DNA of 48,119 nt, counting the filler, from Catajapyx aquilonaris (lineage: Eukaryota): NCBI GenBank assembly GCA_000934665.2. It is 2 parts of 2 records of this genome, joined end to end, with 100 filler letters (N's around TTAATTAATTAA, not from the genome) between each part and the next. Parts side by side here need not be neighbours in the genome. Positions count along the whole stretch, not along the records: positions 1 to 23,980 come from JYFJ02005587.1; 1 more part is not named here. One strand, written 5' to 3'. The stretch's first letter is position 1. The number at the start of each line of letters is the position of its first letter. The notes under the pieces are model-generated. The model ran no database searches. It was not told the origin of the DNA and saw only the letters and a list, made by a program, of their open reading frames with translations. Shown piece by piece: positions 1-13,169 of the stretch. Both the position numbers and the translations under genes were made by a program.

Positions 1-1305
1 TCAATTGTTTCCAGCCAGATCCGGGATATTTGTTGTTAGGGTCAAAATAATGGGGCGGGAGTTTACAGTTGGAATTTCAAACGCGTTTTTTTGATTAGTA
101 TATTGCTGCACAGCAGACAAATAAAACTGCGAATGTGGAGCATTGTTGTAAATTTTTTTATAGTCGATTTTATGCGGTGCATTGGCTACAGATAGCATGT
201 AGATTACATTGTTGCGATGTGCGTAAAAGTGTCGTAAATTTATTATCTATGTTACATAAAAGGATGACCTTAATTTGTATCGAAAAGTACCTCCTACTCA
301 TATGTACAAGGTGAACCAAAAATCACCCGTCATCAATTAAATCGGCTGTATTGTTAACCTTGGTTTCGCCTATTTGAACTTTACATCTAATTGACCCGGA
401 TACGTCTCGCGGTTCGTGGTTTTGAGCGGGAAAGTTTCGTCTTCGGCAAAATTTTTGGACTTACCCAGCAGTTTGAAGACCATTTCACCCATGCAGCGAC
501 CACCTTTTTGGGGGAGGATGACCTGCACAGGTCTCCTGGAGGATACCAACTGGCCCAGGTGGAAAACCTGAAGAATGCCATTCCAATGTTTGGGGGGTTG
601 AGGGGAGGTTGGGAGAGGGTGGTAAGGAAGGAGGAAGGCGGAAATGTGTGCTAAGTGGATGGATGGATGCCCTACTTTGTGGGCAATCCTCCACTTCCAC
701 TTCAACAGCCAGGCTGGTCCCCCCCATCACCCACCCACCCCTTTTTCTTCTGCACCCACTTTTCAAGTTGCCCCCTGCTTAGACAAGAGAAAGGTGCTGG
801 TACAGGAAGGAAGGTGTTGGCTGGTCCACAGGTACCAACCAAAAAAAAAAAAAAAGGTGTCATCTAGAGTGATGTTTGTGCTCTTGAGACCAAGGCCAAT
901 CAGAAAGAGTTGATGGAACAATCATGGAGTAGTTTCTGGACCAGGTCGGACCACTTTTACCATCCTTCTTTTTTATCTCGTACCTGTTCAAGTACCCAAA
1001 GTGGGTCGAGCCGACGCGGGTTCAAGTTGCTGTTGTGCAGCGAAGGAAGATTTCACATGGCATTGTACAATGTCGATGTCACTGACACATGTAATTTGCT
1101 GCCATAATGAACTATTCTGCTTTCACCAGGCGAAAGCAGTGCTTTTGTAACTTGATCGTGTAATTACTTTATGCCCAAGGGCTGCTAAGCTCTGCACTTG
1201 GGTGCTGGTTAAGCTGCAATTGTAGCAAATAGCACTGGTTCACCTTGGCCTCCTGAAATCAAACTCATGCTATTCAATGACTACAACTGGCTATTACAAA
1301 CAATA

Positions 1306-1311
1306 TTTATT
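1306..1311 (-). terminator. Candidate APPBP2 polyadenylation signal AATAAA
   Basis: AATAAA on the minus strand ~300 nt downstream of the stop codon; not verified by transcript data. Confidence 0.4.
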
Positions 1312-1611
1312 AAATTGCTTGAATTTCAGTCACGCTATTTTACACTCGACCACCTGCTATATGTAACATATTCACATGATCACCATATATCACACCAGCC
1401 TTAGTCTTAGCACACCCGTGATGGCTGAACCTGAATGCAATCCATTCGATCTTCCAGTTTCCACACTGAAACGCTCTACAAAAACAGCCGCTTAGTTTGG
1501 CCTATATGGGAAACACAACAAAGCTATTCTTCAAAAAATGCACAGAAATATACAGATTCAACCATAATTAATTTACAACTCTTCAGCATGCCTGTCACTG
1601 GGCTCATTCAA

Positions 1612-1850
1612 CTAACATTGGTCCATGCTAAAGAACTTGTCCACTATGTCCTGTATAGGTTGTGGCTGCTCGGAGGGATTGAGAGGTGGTGTGTCCAGCT
1701 GCGCATTCTGTTCTCTGAGCGCCTTCCACTGGTTTAGAATGAGTGTGTACTGAAGTACTTTGTCCAGGCTCTCCTCCCTGCTGTAAACTTGAAGCAAACC
1801 CCTGTAGTCATACTCCAATCCTGAATACGTATCGCCAAAGAGCTTGCGGC
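1612..1850 (-). CDS. APPBP2: APPBP2 terminal coding exon 6
   Basis: (G)RKLFGDTYSGLEYDYRGLLQVY...VDKFFSMDQC*; acceptor GTCCTCAG; the six exons join in frame to 1758 nt = 585 aa + stop. Confidence 0.95.
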
Positions 1851-2386
1851 CTGAGGACAGAAGTTCATAAAAGTTATTTTTTAAACTAGTCGTTGTTTGG
1901 AAATCAGTTACTCTTTATATGCGATGACACCAGGCACATGCAATCGTACGTAATATTTTGGACTAGTTTACATCATCTGGTAATTGTGTCGTAAAGGTTA
2001 CATGATGCGATCGACAATCATGAGTTGTCTGTCAATTTGGATTCTAGAAGTTCTTGAATGCATGAGGAATATCTCACATTCACAACAGCGCTGCCTAATT
2101 ATGATACTGTACAGGTTATTTTTTACTTCACATTAGTTTCAGTTCACAGTTGACAGTCGTTAAGTGCCTTCATTAAAACGAGCATCGGGAAATGTGGGCT
2201 GTGAAGGTTAATACTACAATAGTTAAGTGATGATGTACAACAGTTATTTAAATGCTCAATTTATCACAATGGTAAAACTTCCCCTGCCTACAAGAATCAC
2301 TTGTTACTATACATTCGAACATTGTTGTATAATATATTATGGGTGACTATCAAGCTCCAATAACACTCTTGGACCTATGCTACAAT

Positions 2387-3050
2387 GGGGAACTAGCCTT
2401 CATTTTGGAAACTACATAATAAATTCGCCCATATTTTTGGGATTTTTTTGGCATATTCCGTTTTAAGATATCAGTTCCCGTTCCGGAGTAATTGGGGTTT
2501 TTATGTAGGGAAATGGTGACGTCACTGTTTCCCTAGAAAATGTTGACGTCACGCGAAGTGAAATGAACGCAAAAATGGTGTTATAGAACGCGCCCTGTCA
2601 TTGTTGTAAAATGCTTCGCTGTGGTTAGCAACCGTCCCATTCCGTGAGCAAGATAGCGGCCGGGGCGCGTTTTTACTTCACGCCGCTCAATCAGCTAAGG
2701 GGCTGGCAGTGGTGCCAACTGGTAGGAATTATCTGTCACCCGAATTCGGCACATGAAGGCCCCTTTTCTCCACCTCGATGGCCTACAGCCGCCTTGCGAA
2801 TGCTTTCCGTCGCGTCCGCGGTTAATTCAAAGTCAAATTCCTCATATCTCGCAGTCAACCAGGCATTTCGGTGTACCCTTTCGATTGGCCTCCGCGTTTT
2901 TCCCGCCAATTTTGAAGGCACTTTTAAATGTGTCGTAATTTATCCAGTAATGTCATTTTGATGCAACAGAGTGATGGAATGTATGTTTACAGGCCTGGGC
3001 TAGCTAGTTATGAACAAAAATCCCAAATCCCAGACCAAGGCTAGTTCCCC
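2387..3050. mobile_element. Non-autonomous TIR element, ISL2EU/PIF-Harbinger-superfamily-like
   Basis: Perfect inverted ends GGGGAACTAGCCTT / AAGGCTAGTTCCCC, each flanked by AT (putative TSD); internal minus-strand FKVPSKL..RRPIERVHRNAWLTA weakly resembles a THAP fragment. Confidence 0.7.
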
Positions 3051-3762
3051 ATTTGCAGAACACTAGTCGCACTTTCACCTGGCAGAAATCCTTTCCCCTT
3101 GCATACAGATAAGTTATCATGTTAAGATGGCTTATGTAGAAGTGGTATTGGCAGATTAGACCTTATGATACTGGGGACACCTCAATCACTTATTTCAAGT
3201 ATCAAAACAAGACAGAACCAGATTCCAGATTAGGCCTACTGTGAGTGCAACAAGAAAATATAACAATTCACATAGATTAGAATGCGAGGCACCGTTTTTA
3301 TGCCAATTTTTGCTGTGTACATGACAGAATTATGAGGAAGTTCGAATTGTTACACCAAGATGTGTTGCACTGCCTGCGTTAGGAGTATAGTTCTTGGCAG
3401 ATATATCTCTTGTCATGTTAGGAGCAAAAATAGACAATGATTCAAGACATGCAATAAAACTTTCCATAATTTGCCACAAAACACAACTTGGTAGTAATTG
3501 CAATATCTTGTCCTTGGATAGGTTCCAAGAGATGGTTTCAGAGGAACATCTTTTGTTGCCTTGACTTGCAAATAATTACCCAATTATTTTTTTTCTTCAG
3601 CTCTTACTCAATACGTTTCACATTATAATTCACATCCAGCCGCTTCTATATCTACACTAATTGCCCATTAAGTACGAAGTATAACTATTTTTACCCCCAC
3701 AATCGCATTTCTGATCTACAGCCTCCAGGCCCCATGTTGTTATTCACACTAGCTTTTATTAC

Positions 3763-3928
3763 CAATTGCTATTGATCGGAGATACAGCTGCTCCGCCTTC
3801 TTGTATTGCATCATGTCATAGTTGTAGAGACTGGCTAGGTGTCCGACAGAAAGCGCAACTTCATAGTCCTCTGGCCCCAGCAACTTCTCCTTTATTTCGA
3901 TCGCCTTTAGATGCATCACCTCCGCTTC
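3763..3928 (-). CDS. APPBP2: APPBP2 coding exon 5
   Basis: Hand-translated EAEVMHLKAIEIKEKLLGPEDYEVALSVGHLASLYNYDMMQYKKAEQLYLRSIAI; acceptor TTTTTTACAG, donor G|GTAATA (phase 1). Confidence 0.96.
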
Positions 3929-5431
3929 CTGTAAAAAAATAAAGTGTCTGATTCATAATTCATTATGAATGGGGCAAAGCACTACGTTCGAAACCTTGAC
4001 AGTGCACCTGAGGAAGGGCAAATATGGGTGAAGGTCATAACCACATAAAAGTTTTTTTTTACACTATAAGTTGGCCTTGATGCCAATGATAATTGTTACG
4101 CAATTGGTCATGGAGGTATAAGCTCTAACCGGTTCTGCAGCATTGACTCTACTTACTCGCCTTCTTACAAAGTAATAGTTTAATATCGTTAGAAATACAA
4201 CTTAGGCCTGTTGAATGAATGCAAATTAATTGAAAAATCTCCAATTATGCAGATGTATTAACATACAGAGGTATTTTCTCTTGAGTTAATAGAACTGGCC
4301 CTACATATAATGCAAATTTCTCAATTATTGGCACATTTGATCTCCACAACTCTTAAAAATCTGCTGAACTGCACATTGCATGGTGCAGTGAAAATGTGCT
4401 CAATTATAGCCATTAATCTACCAGAAAAAAGTAGTTTTAAGACTTTCCCAGGATCATTATGCTAGTTGGTATCATATTCTCACCAACCACTTATTTTGGT
4501 AGCAAGCGTTCAAAACCTTATGACCTTGAGCCACATGCAGACATTCACTTAAAATTATGGATGCTGAAAAGAACTAGCAGTCCTTGATAATAATCAATAT
4601 GGCACTAGCCAAGTACTAACTAACATGAAAACCGTGGTCATCTGATTCACTCATATTGCGCACCAAAACTGGCTTGACTATCGAGTATGTGCCTATGCAA
4701 AAACCCACTGCATGCCTCATATGCAGAAGCACTGGTAATTAACCACACTTTCTCACACTGGTATCTTATTCCCTAATTGCCACGTTGCAATGAGGAAAAA
4801 ATACTCTGGGAATTCCAAACTGCCTGTTCAGTACAGAAAATATTGTGGCCTGCAATACATGTAGGTTTCACTGCATACAGTGTTTTTATGATACAAAGAA
4901 GAGGTGACATAGACAAAGTGACGAATAATTCACACCTGGTCTGTATTCAAACTCCAGATCAGACCTGGCACACGTTTAGGGTCTTTACCTTTCTGCCTGC
5001 CACTCGCGTTGTCTACAGGGGATAATAATCCATAATCCTTCCCTGGGCCCCCTTTTGGGCAGTGAAACTCCCTCCTGCAGCAATGATACCTATTGGTAGG
5101 TTTATCAAGCCACACTGTTCGAGTCAGGAAACTATAATAATCAGATCTTTCTCCCAGTTGGGAACCTTCGTGCAACATGTTTCAAGTGTCACAATTTGTT
5201 TCTACTTGCCAATACATAGTTGTTTTTTTTCTATTCACAGTCAGCACATCTGGTTGGAACAAGGCAGAAGCAAATGGATATCTGGCTGACAATTTCTTAT
5301 GCCATGGTTTCTTTAAATATTCTTCAAAAAATTATGGTTACCGTATCACTAATATCTAAATTTCCTCAATTCATTGGCAATATTCCTGATGCAGAAAAAA
5401 ATTAACTATCCTTCAAACTATAACTGCTCAC

Positions 5432-6103
5432 CTCAAACTTCTTCATACTTTGGTACAGCCTGCCCATGTTCCCATAATGCTTTGCAGTCTGCACATTCAT
5501 CTCACCAAAGTTCTTGGTAACCAGGTTAAGAGCATCCAGATGGAGATCGTGAGCATCTTGCAACAATGTCCTCCATTCAGCTGAGTCAACTCCGTGTGTG
5601 TCAATGGCTATTTCCTCCAAGATCAACGCTTTGACTCGCTTGGATGAAGCAAGCAGCAAGTGGTCTTCAGCCACCAACCTCTTCATAATGCTGAGGGCCT
5701 TCTCTGCATGGTCCCTGGCACAACTGAACCTTCCTGAACTATACTCATGCACATACAGTGCATAAGCCAAGTCTTCATGGGACATGGCCACATGTAAATT
5801 TAGACCCCCAAACACTGACTGTTGAATGGCCAAGGCAGTCTGGTAGACATGGACACTATGATGAATGGAATCCACATTAAGTAGGTAAAATCCGTAGTCC
5901 TGCAGGGTGTTAGCATATAGGGGATGGCGTTCCCCAAAGACCTCCCTCGCCAGGCAAACTGCTTGCTTCACAAGAAGTTCAGCTTTGCGGAATTCCCGCT
6001 TCACTACACATGACTTTGCCGCCTCACGCAGAACTTCAACAATTATGCGAGCTGGCAGGCTTGCGTTCAGTTCAGAAAGGGCCTTCACACTCCATCTGTA
6101 TGA
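5432..6103 (-). CDS. APPBP2: APPBP2 coding exon 4 (TPR repeats)
   Basis: SYRWSVKA...CVVKREF...DYGFYLLNVD...HEDLAY...HLLLASSKRVKALILEEIAID...NVQTAKHYGNMGRLYQSM; acceptor TTTTTCACAG, donor GAG|GTGAGC. Confidence 0.97.
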
Positions 6104-6501
6104 CTGTGAAAAAGAAAAACTTGATCAAATTATGTTTTAAAATAAAATGTTTAGTCTAGCAGCATGTAAATGGGATGCCTAGGATTACACTCGACAAGAA
6201 TTTCCTGTGGTAGGGTAGCCCCTTATTTTGCATTGCTTATTCACACCTCATAATTGTCACAATTGGCATAAAACCAACATACCCAGAGACAATCTTAAAG
6301 TGGTACAAGGTAATAGATAATATATTTAATCATTGCTGACTTGAAGGTCATCCTGAATTGTGGTTCTAGTTTTCTTAGAAGGAAACTCACTGTCAGTGTT
6401 GACAGCTTAAGAAACAAAGTCAGGGTGAAGTACACTGAACAACTCAGCTGTACCTTGTATAAAAGATATTTGCTGTTTGATACCTACCCATGACTGATAA
6501 T

Positions 6502-7146
6502 TAGAGAACGGATTTCTAGGTTTTTACCTACTTTTTCTTTTGTAGGCAGAACACCGGAACCAAAATATCTATCCGTTTCATAACACAAGGACCTCAAAAA
6601 TCGCAGTTTTATAGAACCTAAAAATGCCTATTTCGGGTGTTGGGACCTAAATGGCCTATTAGCACCTATTTCGACCTTTTTCACGCCATTCGGTAAGATT
6701 TTCGAGAATTCTGCGGGTTTTCCGTTCAAGGAATCCCTCCCACTTCAACCTGTGACAAGCGAAGAAGCGGTTGATCGGCAAGGTCCCCGGTAATATGCCA
6801 TTAACAGCTATTGCGACTCGAAATAACTGTTATTAATAGCCGTTAAATAAGCTGCTATATTCGGCCCGACGGATTTTCTATCGGTCATATCGGCTCCCCG
6901 TGAGGGAGCATCTTAACTGTCACCGAATAACTGCAATTAACAAACGAAAATATGGAATAACTGCTGGTTCGTTACTGTTCTGCAAAATTCCATGGCCAGG
7001 AGTAGGCTGTAAATATGTGCAGAAATTAAAATAAATTAGAACCAGGTTGATTTATAGTGCCTATTTAAGAGCCTATTTTGACTGTTTTCAGGGCCTAAAT
7101 GCCTACCTATTTGAGGGTTTTTTAGAACCTAGAAATCCGTTCTCTA
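6502..7146. mobile_element. Non-autonomous hAT element (MITE)
   Basis: 19-bp TIR TAGAGAACGGATTTCTAGG / CCTAGAAATCCGTTCTCTA; perfect 8-bp TSD CTGATAAT (6494-6501, 7147-7154); subterminal (G)CCTA repeats. Confidence 0.92.
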
Positions 7147-7306
7147 CTGATAATGTTTGTTTATATCAACATATCTGACAAACGGTCATGAACCTTGAGA
7201 AACCACCAGTTCATCTCCAGCTGAGTGTATCCAAAACGAGAATGTTTAACACAATCGGACAAATATTACACATGAGTCATTGAATGTTTTCTTTGCAGCC
7301 ACTCAC

Positions 7307-7726
7307 CTCATCATAGTGACTTTTATAGAAGTATAGCCCTGAATACATTGAGTAAAGGCTGGCCAGATTAGGCAAGTCGCCGAGCCTCCTGAGATCCTCG
7401 ATGATCCTCTCTGCCACCTCAAATGTCTCCTGTGCCTGAGCAAAGTGGCAGAATACATTTTGAACATGCAGCAATCGATGGCAGCAATTGAGGGTCATGC
7501 GCTTGTGGTCAGGATCCTCTGTAGTCCTACACATCTCTAGGCAGTGCTTGAGAACATCTTCCGAAGCTGCATACCACCCAGCATCACTCAGGAAGGATCC
7601 CAAGCGGAGGCCCAGCTGGATGTGCTTGTCCCACGATGCAAAGTCATAAGGGGAGAGGCTGGTGCAGCGACGGGTGTAGGCCATGGACAGTTCCTGAGTC
7701 ACTTTGGTTCCATGATCCATCAGGGA
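7307..7726 (-). CDS. APPBP2: APPBP2 coding exon 3
   Basis: SLMDHG...LGSFLSDAGWY...RLLHVQN...KSHYDE; acceptor TTCTCTTAG, donor GAG|GTGAGT. Confidence 0.96.
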
Positions 7727-8120
7727 CTAAGAGAAGGATGGGATGTTATTTCAACCATGAATTGAACCTATTTCTCAAAGAAAAAAGGGGGATGTCATTT
7801 CCTTCACACCCTACAGCCTGACAATTGCTACTTCCGCTAACCACATTTCATGCATGAGAAAATTCACGGCATTTGCATGTGGCTTCCTTATACGCCTTCA
7901 TTCTTGGCCATCAAGATAGCATTAAAATAATACAACTTGGGTGTGAAGATCATGCTTTGTGATACACACTACAAAGTTGCACACTGCATTGATTAACTGA
8001 CTGGGGTTTTATAGTGCAAGAGCAACTATGGTCATGCTGTGAAAAGAGAGGATTGAACTTGACATACACATGACGGGATTAGTTAATCAATGCTGCTGGA
8101 CCTGCAGCCTTTTGTAACAA

Positions 8121-8253
8121 CAGTCCAAAAAGAACTGTCCCAGTCATCCTGATGTGTGTGCTGCCCGCTCGACACACACCATGTAACTTACATGGTGTGT
8201 GTCGAGCGGCCAGCCCACACGTCAGGATGACTGGGACAGTTCTTTTTGGACTG
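8121..8253. repeat. 133-bp near-perfect palindrome (probable miniature foldback element)
   Basis: Two 66-bp arms with 3 mismatches around a 1-nt centre at 8187; termini CAGT...ACTG. Confidence 0.85.
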
Positions 8254-10286
8254 ATGATACAAGTTAATGGTATCAGTGTTACCCCTCTAATCAATGCAAT
8301 AATACTGCCTGCCTGCCTAGGATATTAGCACAGTTCGTAACTACTGCCTGAGTGATCGTTGACATTTCTCAACATCCATTTACTCTTCATTATTTCTCAA
8401 TTCTTCCATAATTGTCAAGCAAAACTGGTGGATGCCCTTCAGAACCACACCTGTTTCTCAGTTCACTGTCTACAAAATTGCATCATGAAAGTGCATGCAG
8501 TGTGCACAATACTTTTGTGAAAGTCTCAGCAAACAGTTGCAGAAAAATCAGTCAATCTGACCATTCTGCAACATTATTATGACCATTTTTTTAGCAACGA
8601 GTAAAGGACATTGTTACACATTGTATGAGATTTCCATTGCGGCATTTTTAAGCACACCAGCAACTTTCTAGCAGGAAGAAATTTTAAGCACAGATAACAT
8701 TTAAAAATATAGGAGACTAGGATCAAAGATTGTTACAAAGCAAAAAATATTTAGGTAGAAGTATGCTGAAAACCAAATATTTATGAAGTTATTCATTGCA
8801 TGCAAAAAAAACTGCGCTGTGGTTTCCAACAATGAGTATCAAGGTCAAACACTCAGATGTCAGTCTACTTGTGCAACACTGTATATCTAGATGACTACAG
8901 CAAGACCTAAAACAATGCACACACGGGAGATGTAGCAGATTGCTTACTCCAAGAGAAAAATTCTAAATCAAACAAAAAAATATATTGATAATGCCTTTCT
9001 GATAGTTGCTTCTTTATAAAGTTTTTGGAACATACTCTTCATCACACGTCCCTAGCTTCAACTGTTGGAAATACCACTTTGGGGAAGGTTTCACACAAGC
9101 ACTCTGTACATAAACATGGGAATTTTATTTTATGGTGAGAATCTTTTCAAGCCAACAACAGGTGGCCTTCCAGAGCTTTTGTATTTCTGGATTACTCATG
9201 GTAGTGACCCTTACAAATCATACTGTGACCATCAAGCTGTTAGGTCAAAATGTGATTGCATAAAATAATCCTGCAGCTTTATACTTCATTTCCTTCTAAA
9301 CATATAATTAATACTCCCATGATATATTTTTTCCCAGGCACTGCACGAGGCATATGAAAGGCTATTATTATTGTTACTCTGGCAGCCACCTCTCTGTATG
9401 CGTATTTTGCTCTTCCGAATCTCTAAGTACTTGTTGCATTTGGTTTGAAAGTTTAGGCAAAATCTTATCAGGTTTTACAAGACACTGCAAACTTTGCAGT
9501 GCAAATTTAGGGTGGATAAAACTTTTTCTTTCTTTTTTCTCTTTTTTTTTTTGGTAGAAGCAGCTGTCTTTCACTCTACTTGCCTGCTTCGCAACTGGAA
9601 AAGATCCAAAATCCAAAATGCATTTGTGTCACCACCATGCTCAACTTTTCTTCATTATTATAAACCAGCAGACCACAAAAAGTCGTCCTTCCTCACCCTA
9701 CATTTCAATTGTCAAATTTGCAAAATGGAATTATAACACTGTTCGAATGTCACTCTGGGACACTAATGATGCAACAGGTGTAATTTTACCTGCAAAAGCT
9801 TCTTAGAAATTAACTTTAATGACACAAAAGCCCTAAATTTCAACAAATAAGTTGCACTAAAAATTGGTCCATTATTCTGTGATAATCTGCATCTACATGG
9901 GCTCATCACTAATTATCGTCTTGTCCTTGACTAATAATAATGAGATATGGGAATTTAATTGTGCAAGTTAAAAATACTTTTAAAGACTGCATTAAGGGTA
10001 AGAGTATTTATGGTTTTCTCTACAATACAAAAGAAACACAAACACGTCAAGCATGCAGCATTACCACTCTCTCTTTCTGCCTCCAGCAGGGCCTAATTTT
10101 AGGGCCAACAATATCTATCAATTACACAGCATGTCATGAGTAGTGTTGCATCACCCATTGTAATCAGAATGTTTGGTCTGCACAAAGTGAAAGTGTGTGG
10201 ATGTGTGACCCGCTCAGCATCCCTTGCGATTTTTGGCCTTCTTAAATAACGACTCCACCCCATGTAGTTCTTATATTTGTCTGTAC

Positions 10287-10400
10287 CTGGAAACATTGGT
10301 GCAGCAGGTGCCGCTTGCTGACCACCTTGAGGATGCGGGCAAAGGTATCCAGGTTGCAAATTTCGACCCCCAGCTGGCATAGTCTGCCTTGCTCGTGCAG
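10287..10400 (-). CDS. APPBP2: APPBP2 coding exon 2
   Basis: Hand-translated LHEQGRLCQLGVEICNLDTFARILKVVSKRHLLHQCFQ (not shown in the ORF track); acceptor TTACAG, donor CAG|GTACAG, phase 0/0. Confidence 0.95.
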
Positions 10401-12687
10401 CTGTAATATAAAGGTGTGTCAAGGTCAGTTCTTGTTCTCCTCAACAATACTGGCCTTGGACTACCTGACGTTTCACCTCTTTTAGCAGCCCTTCAAATCC
10501 GTTTACTTTTACTTCTTGCAGCAGTCTCCCTGTCATTATCACCCTGCCATTTCCATTAACATTCTCATTATATGATAAAACTCTGAATCATGGAGGTAAG
10601 CGACTTATTAACCCTGTTACAGAAACATGCAAAGTTCTTAAATGTCAGACTGTCTGTCTCGCATGCCAGTCTGCATGCCATTTAATACCGTGCAAGTACC
10701 AAAATGACCAAAACCTGTCACATGAAAATAAATGAGATTCATTCATTTTCATTTTACATTTTTTCTTAAGCACAGGCACATCTTCAACTTGATGTTAATG
10801 GTTCCTTCATTAGCGTATGTTACTGTACAAGTGATAATTAATGAAGAACTGTCCTTATATAAGTAACTCATCATGACCTTCGCACCAACTCGCCACAATA
10901 AATCAGGTGTGAATGAATCCCCACGTGCTTGCAGCACATTATCATTATATCATCACATTATTCCAGTTTTTGTGCTGCCTAATGAATATAATTACGTATT
11001 GTAGCCACTACTTTTTATCAGATTGGGCAACATTATAACCACAAAAACCCATTCCATGGTCTGTGGCAATAATGCAATGAATGGCAATAAAGTGAATTGA
11101 GGAAACAGAAATGACACCTCAGCACTTTTATTTCTTATATTTTACCCTCAACAGTGCACTCATATGCAATCCTGAATCTCAAACATTGTTCAAAATAATG
11201 TACTTACTTCACTATGAACAACAATAATAAATGCTGATATATAAAACTGATGCAAGCATGTTCAATGCATGTTTTTTGTGTAACGCCTACAATAATAGAA
11301 TTTGATGAGTCACAGAATATCAAGTTCATTCAGGCTGAACTATGGCATAGATAATCTTTTGGTCTGGAGGAGCTCTGATACTAGCCAGCACTGACATCTA
11401 ACTATATTTATAAAGAATAGAAAAACACTGAGCAAAAGTCAAGAGCAATCAACTGACTGACATTCCCCTTAATTTCAAAGTGATCTTTCTGTATTTGATG
11501 CGTGCCATTCATTGGAAATGTCTTGTCAGATCTCACATATCAACTGTCATGACCATGTCTGTTGTTTTATTTAGTATATTCCAGCTGTTTTCTCACTCAT
11601 CCCTACTCTGCTATGGCTGAACTGAGAGCAGATATACAGTTTGTTCCAAATGAAATGCCAAAGAGGTTAGCAAAAAATTTTTTTTGCAATGAGCTGCTTT
11701 TTAAAAGTTATTTCGGAAGTTATTTCTCGACAAAAGTCACCAAAATTATTAGCTACTAATGACAGTCAATTGGATCATCCATTCAAGCTTAATAGTTACA
11801 ATGAATTTCCAACTGGGAATGACCCTTGGGAACTATCAAAATCTCAATGAGAACCAAAATTTTGCGTGCATGAAAAAATAAGAAACATTGTGAACTTTTA
11901 ATATTCCACACTTGTGGTCCAACCGTCAGAATTTGTATAATTTTTATCCCATATAGCACAACCAGTGACTATCCAGTGTGTATTATCTTAGTAACATTGG
12001 CACCTCACTGGAATTAGGGGATGATCCCTTATTGGAACAATGTACTTTTCCCCTTACACTTGTCTATTGACATTGTACATAACCCATACATAGTACTGTA
12101 CTGTGCCATGGCCACGATATGAGGTTACACATGTTACACGGCATGTACCAATATTATTTATTCAAGAAAGTATCAATAACTGTCATGGATTACAGTGAAG
12201 CTGAAAGGCCAGGGTGTACCCCTTCCAGTATATCAAAAACGCTGCATTTCTCCTTGTCATTTATCATCGTTATCAAGAATTAATAACAAAATGAAACACA
12301 CTGTTTTGATACACAATGAGCGGTGCAGCCAAGCCCCAGTCCGCATACTAGTATCCTCATCAACTATTCATCAACAGTGCCGTACACCAACTCAAAATCC
12401 ACCACAGCAGTCCCATCCCCTGCCAACAAATGCTGGCGGCCCAATGCAAATAATCTGAAATGACGGTCATTGACATGCCCTCCGTCCTGATTATCCCTCA
12501 TCCACCAACTGTAAACAACTGATAAGCCCTAATCAGAGAGACCCTGCTCCGAGCAGGCCGTCTGTCCATGCACATCACGACAGCTTAATTTTCACATGCG
12601 CCAATATTGTTGTCGTCACTACGGCAGCAGTCACAAGACAACAGTGGTGTGTTACCCTCACTTGATTGAAATGAGAGGCATATTTAC

Positions 12688-12834
12688 CTTGTGGTAGACA
12701 TCAAACTGCACGTTTTCAGGGAGCACCCTGAGGTCCCTCCTGACGTCGTTGAAGCAGCAGACGACGGCGGACACGGCCAGGGAGTAGAGGGAATCGGGCC
12801 GTGGTGCCTGGTCCTGGTGCTGATCCGACGCCAT
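12688..12834 (-). CDS. APPBP2: APPBP2 (amyloid protein-binding protein 2 / PAT1) coding exon 1
   Basis: ATG at 12834; MASDQHQDQAPRPDSLYSLAVSAVVCCFNDVRRDLRVLPENVQFDVYHK resembles the APPBP2 N-terminus (..P.TLY..AISAVV....RRD.R.LPEN.QFDVY.K); donor AAG|GTAAAT. Confidence 0.93.
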
Positions 12835-13169
12835 GTTTCCAGCACTGGGGGCCAGCCACGGGGCTGCGACGACACGGCCGTCACCCACAGACTACGGGCT
12901 GGTTGAGGCCGAACGACACCACCCAGCCGACAGGCAGGCGGACAGCCGGGGAACAGAAGAGCAACTCAGCAGTCAGCAGCAAGGCGAATCAGGCCCCGAA
13001 GGACGACCCCGTATTTTCAGCCTTCAAAACATGGAGGAGGAGGATATGTGTGGGTGGGGAGGGAGGTAGGGAGGGAGGGCGATCAAAAGAGTGGGTGGGG
13101 GGAGGGGGGAGAGGAGATAAACGTGGGTGGGAAGAGGNGGGGGGGGAAATCCATGGAAGGATACAATAA

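Noticed and set aside
304..345. Mariner-like TIR start TACAAGGTGAACCAAAAATCACCCG
   Set aside because: No matching opposite end or transposase remnant found
12835..12888. N-terminal extension of APPBP2 (MGDGRVVAAPW...) in the ORF track
   Set aside because: Begins at a non-ATG codon; recognisable homology begins after the ATG at 12834
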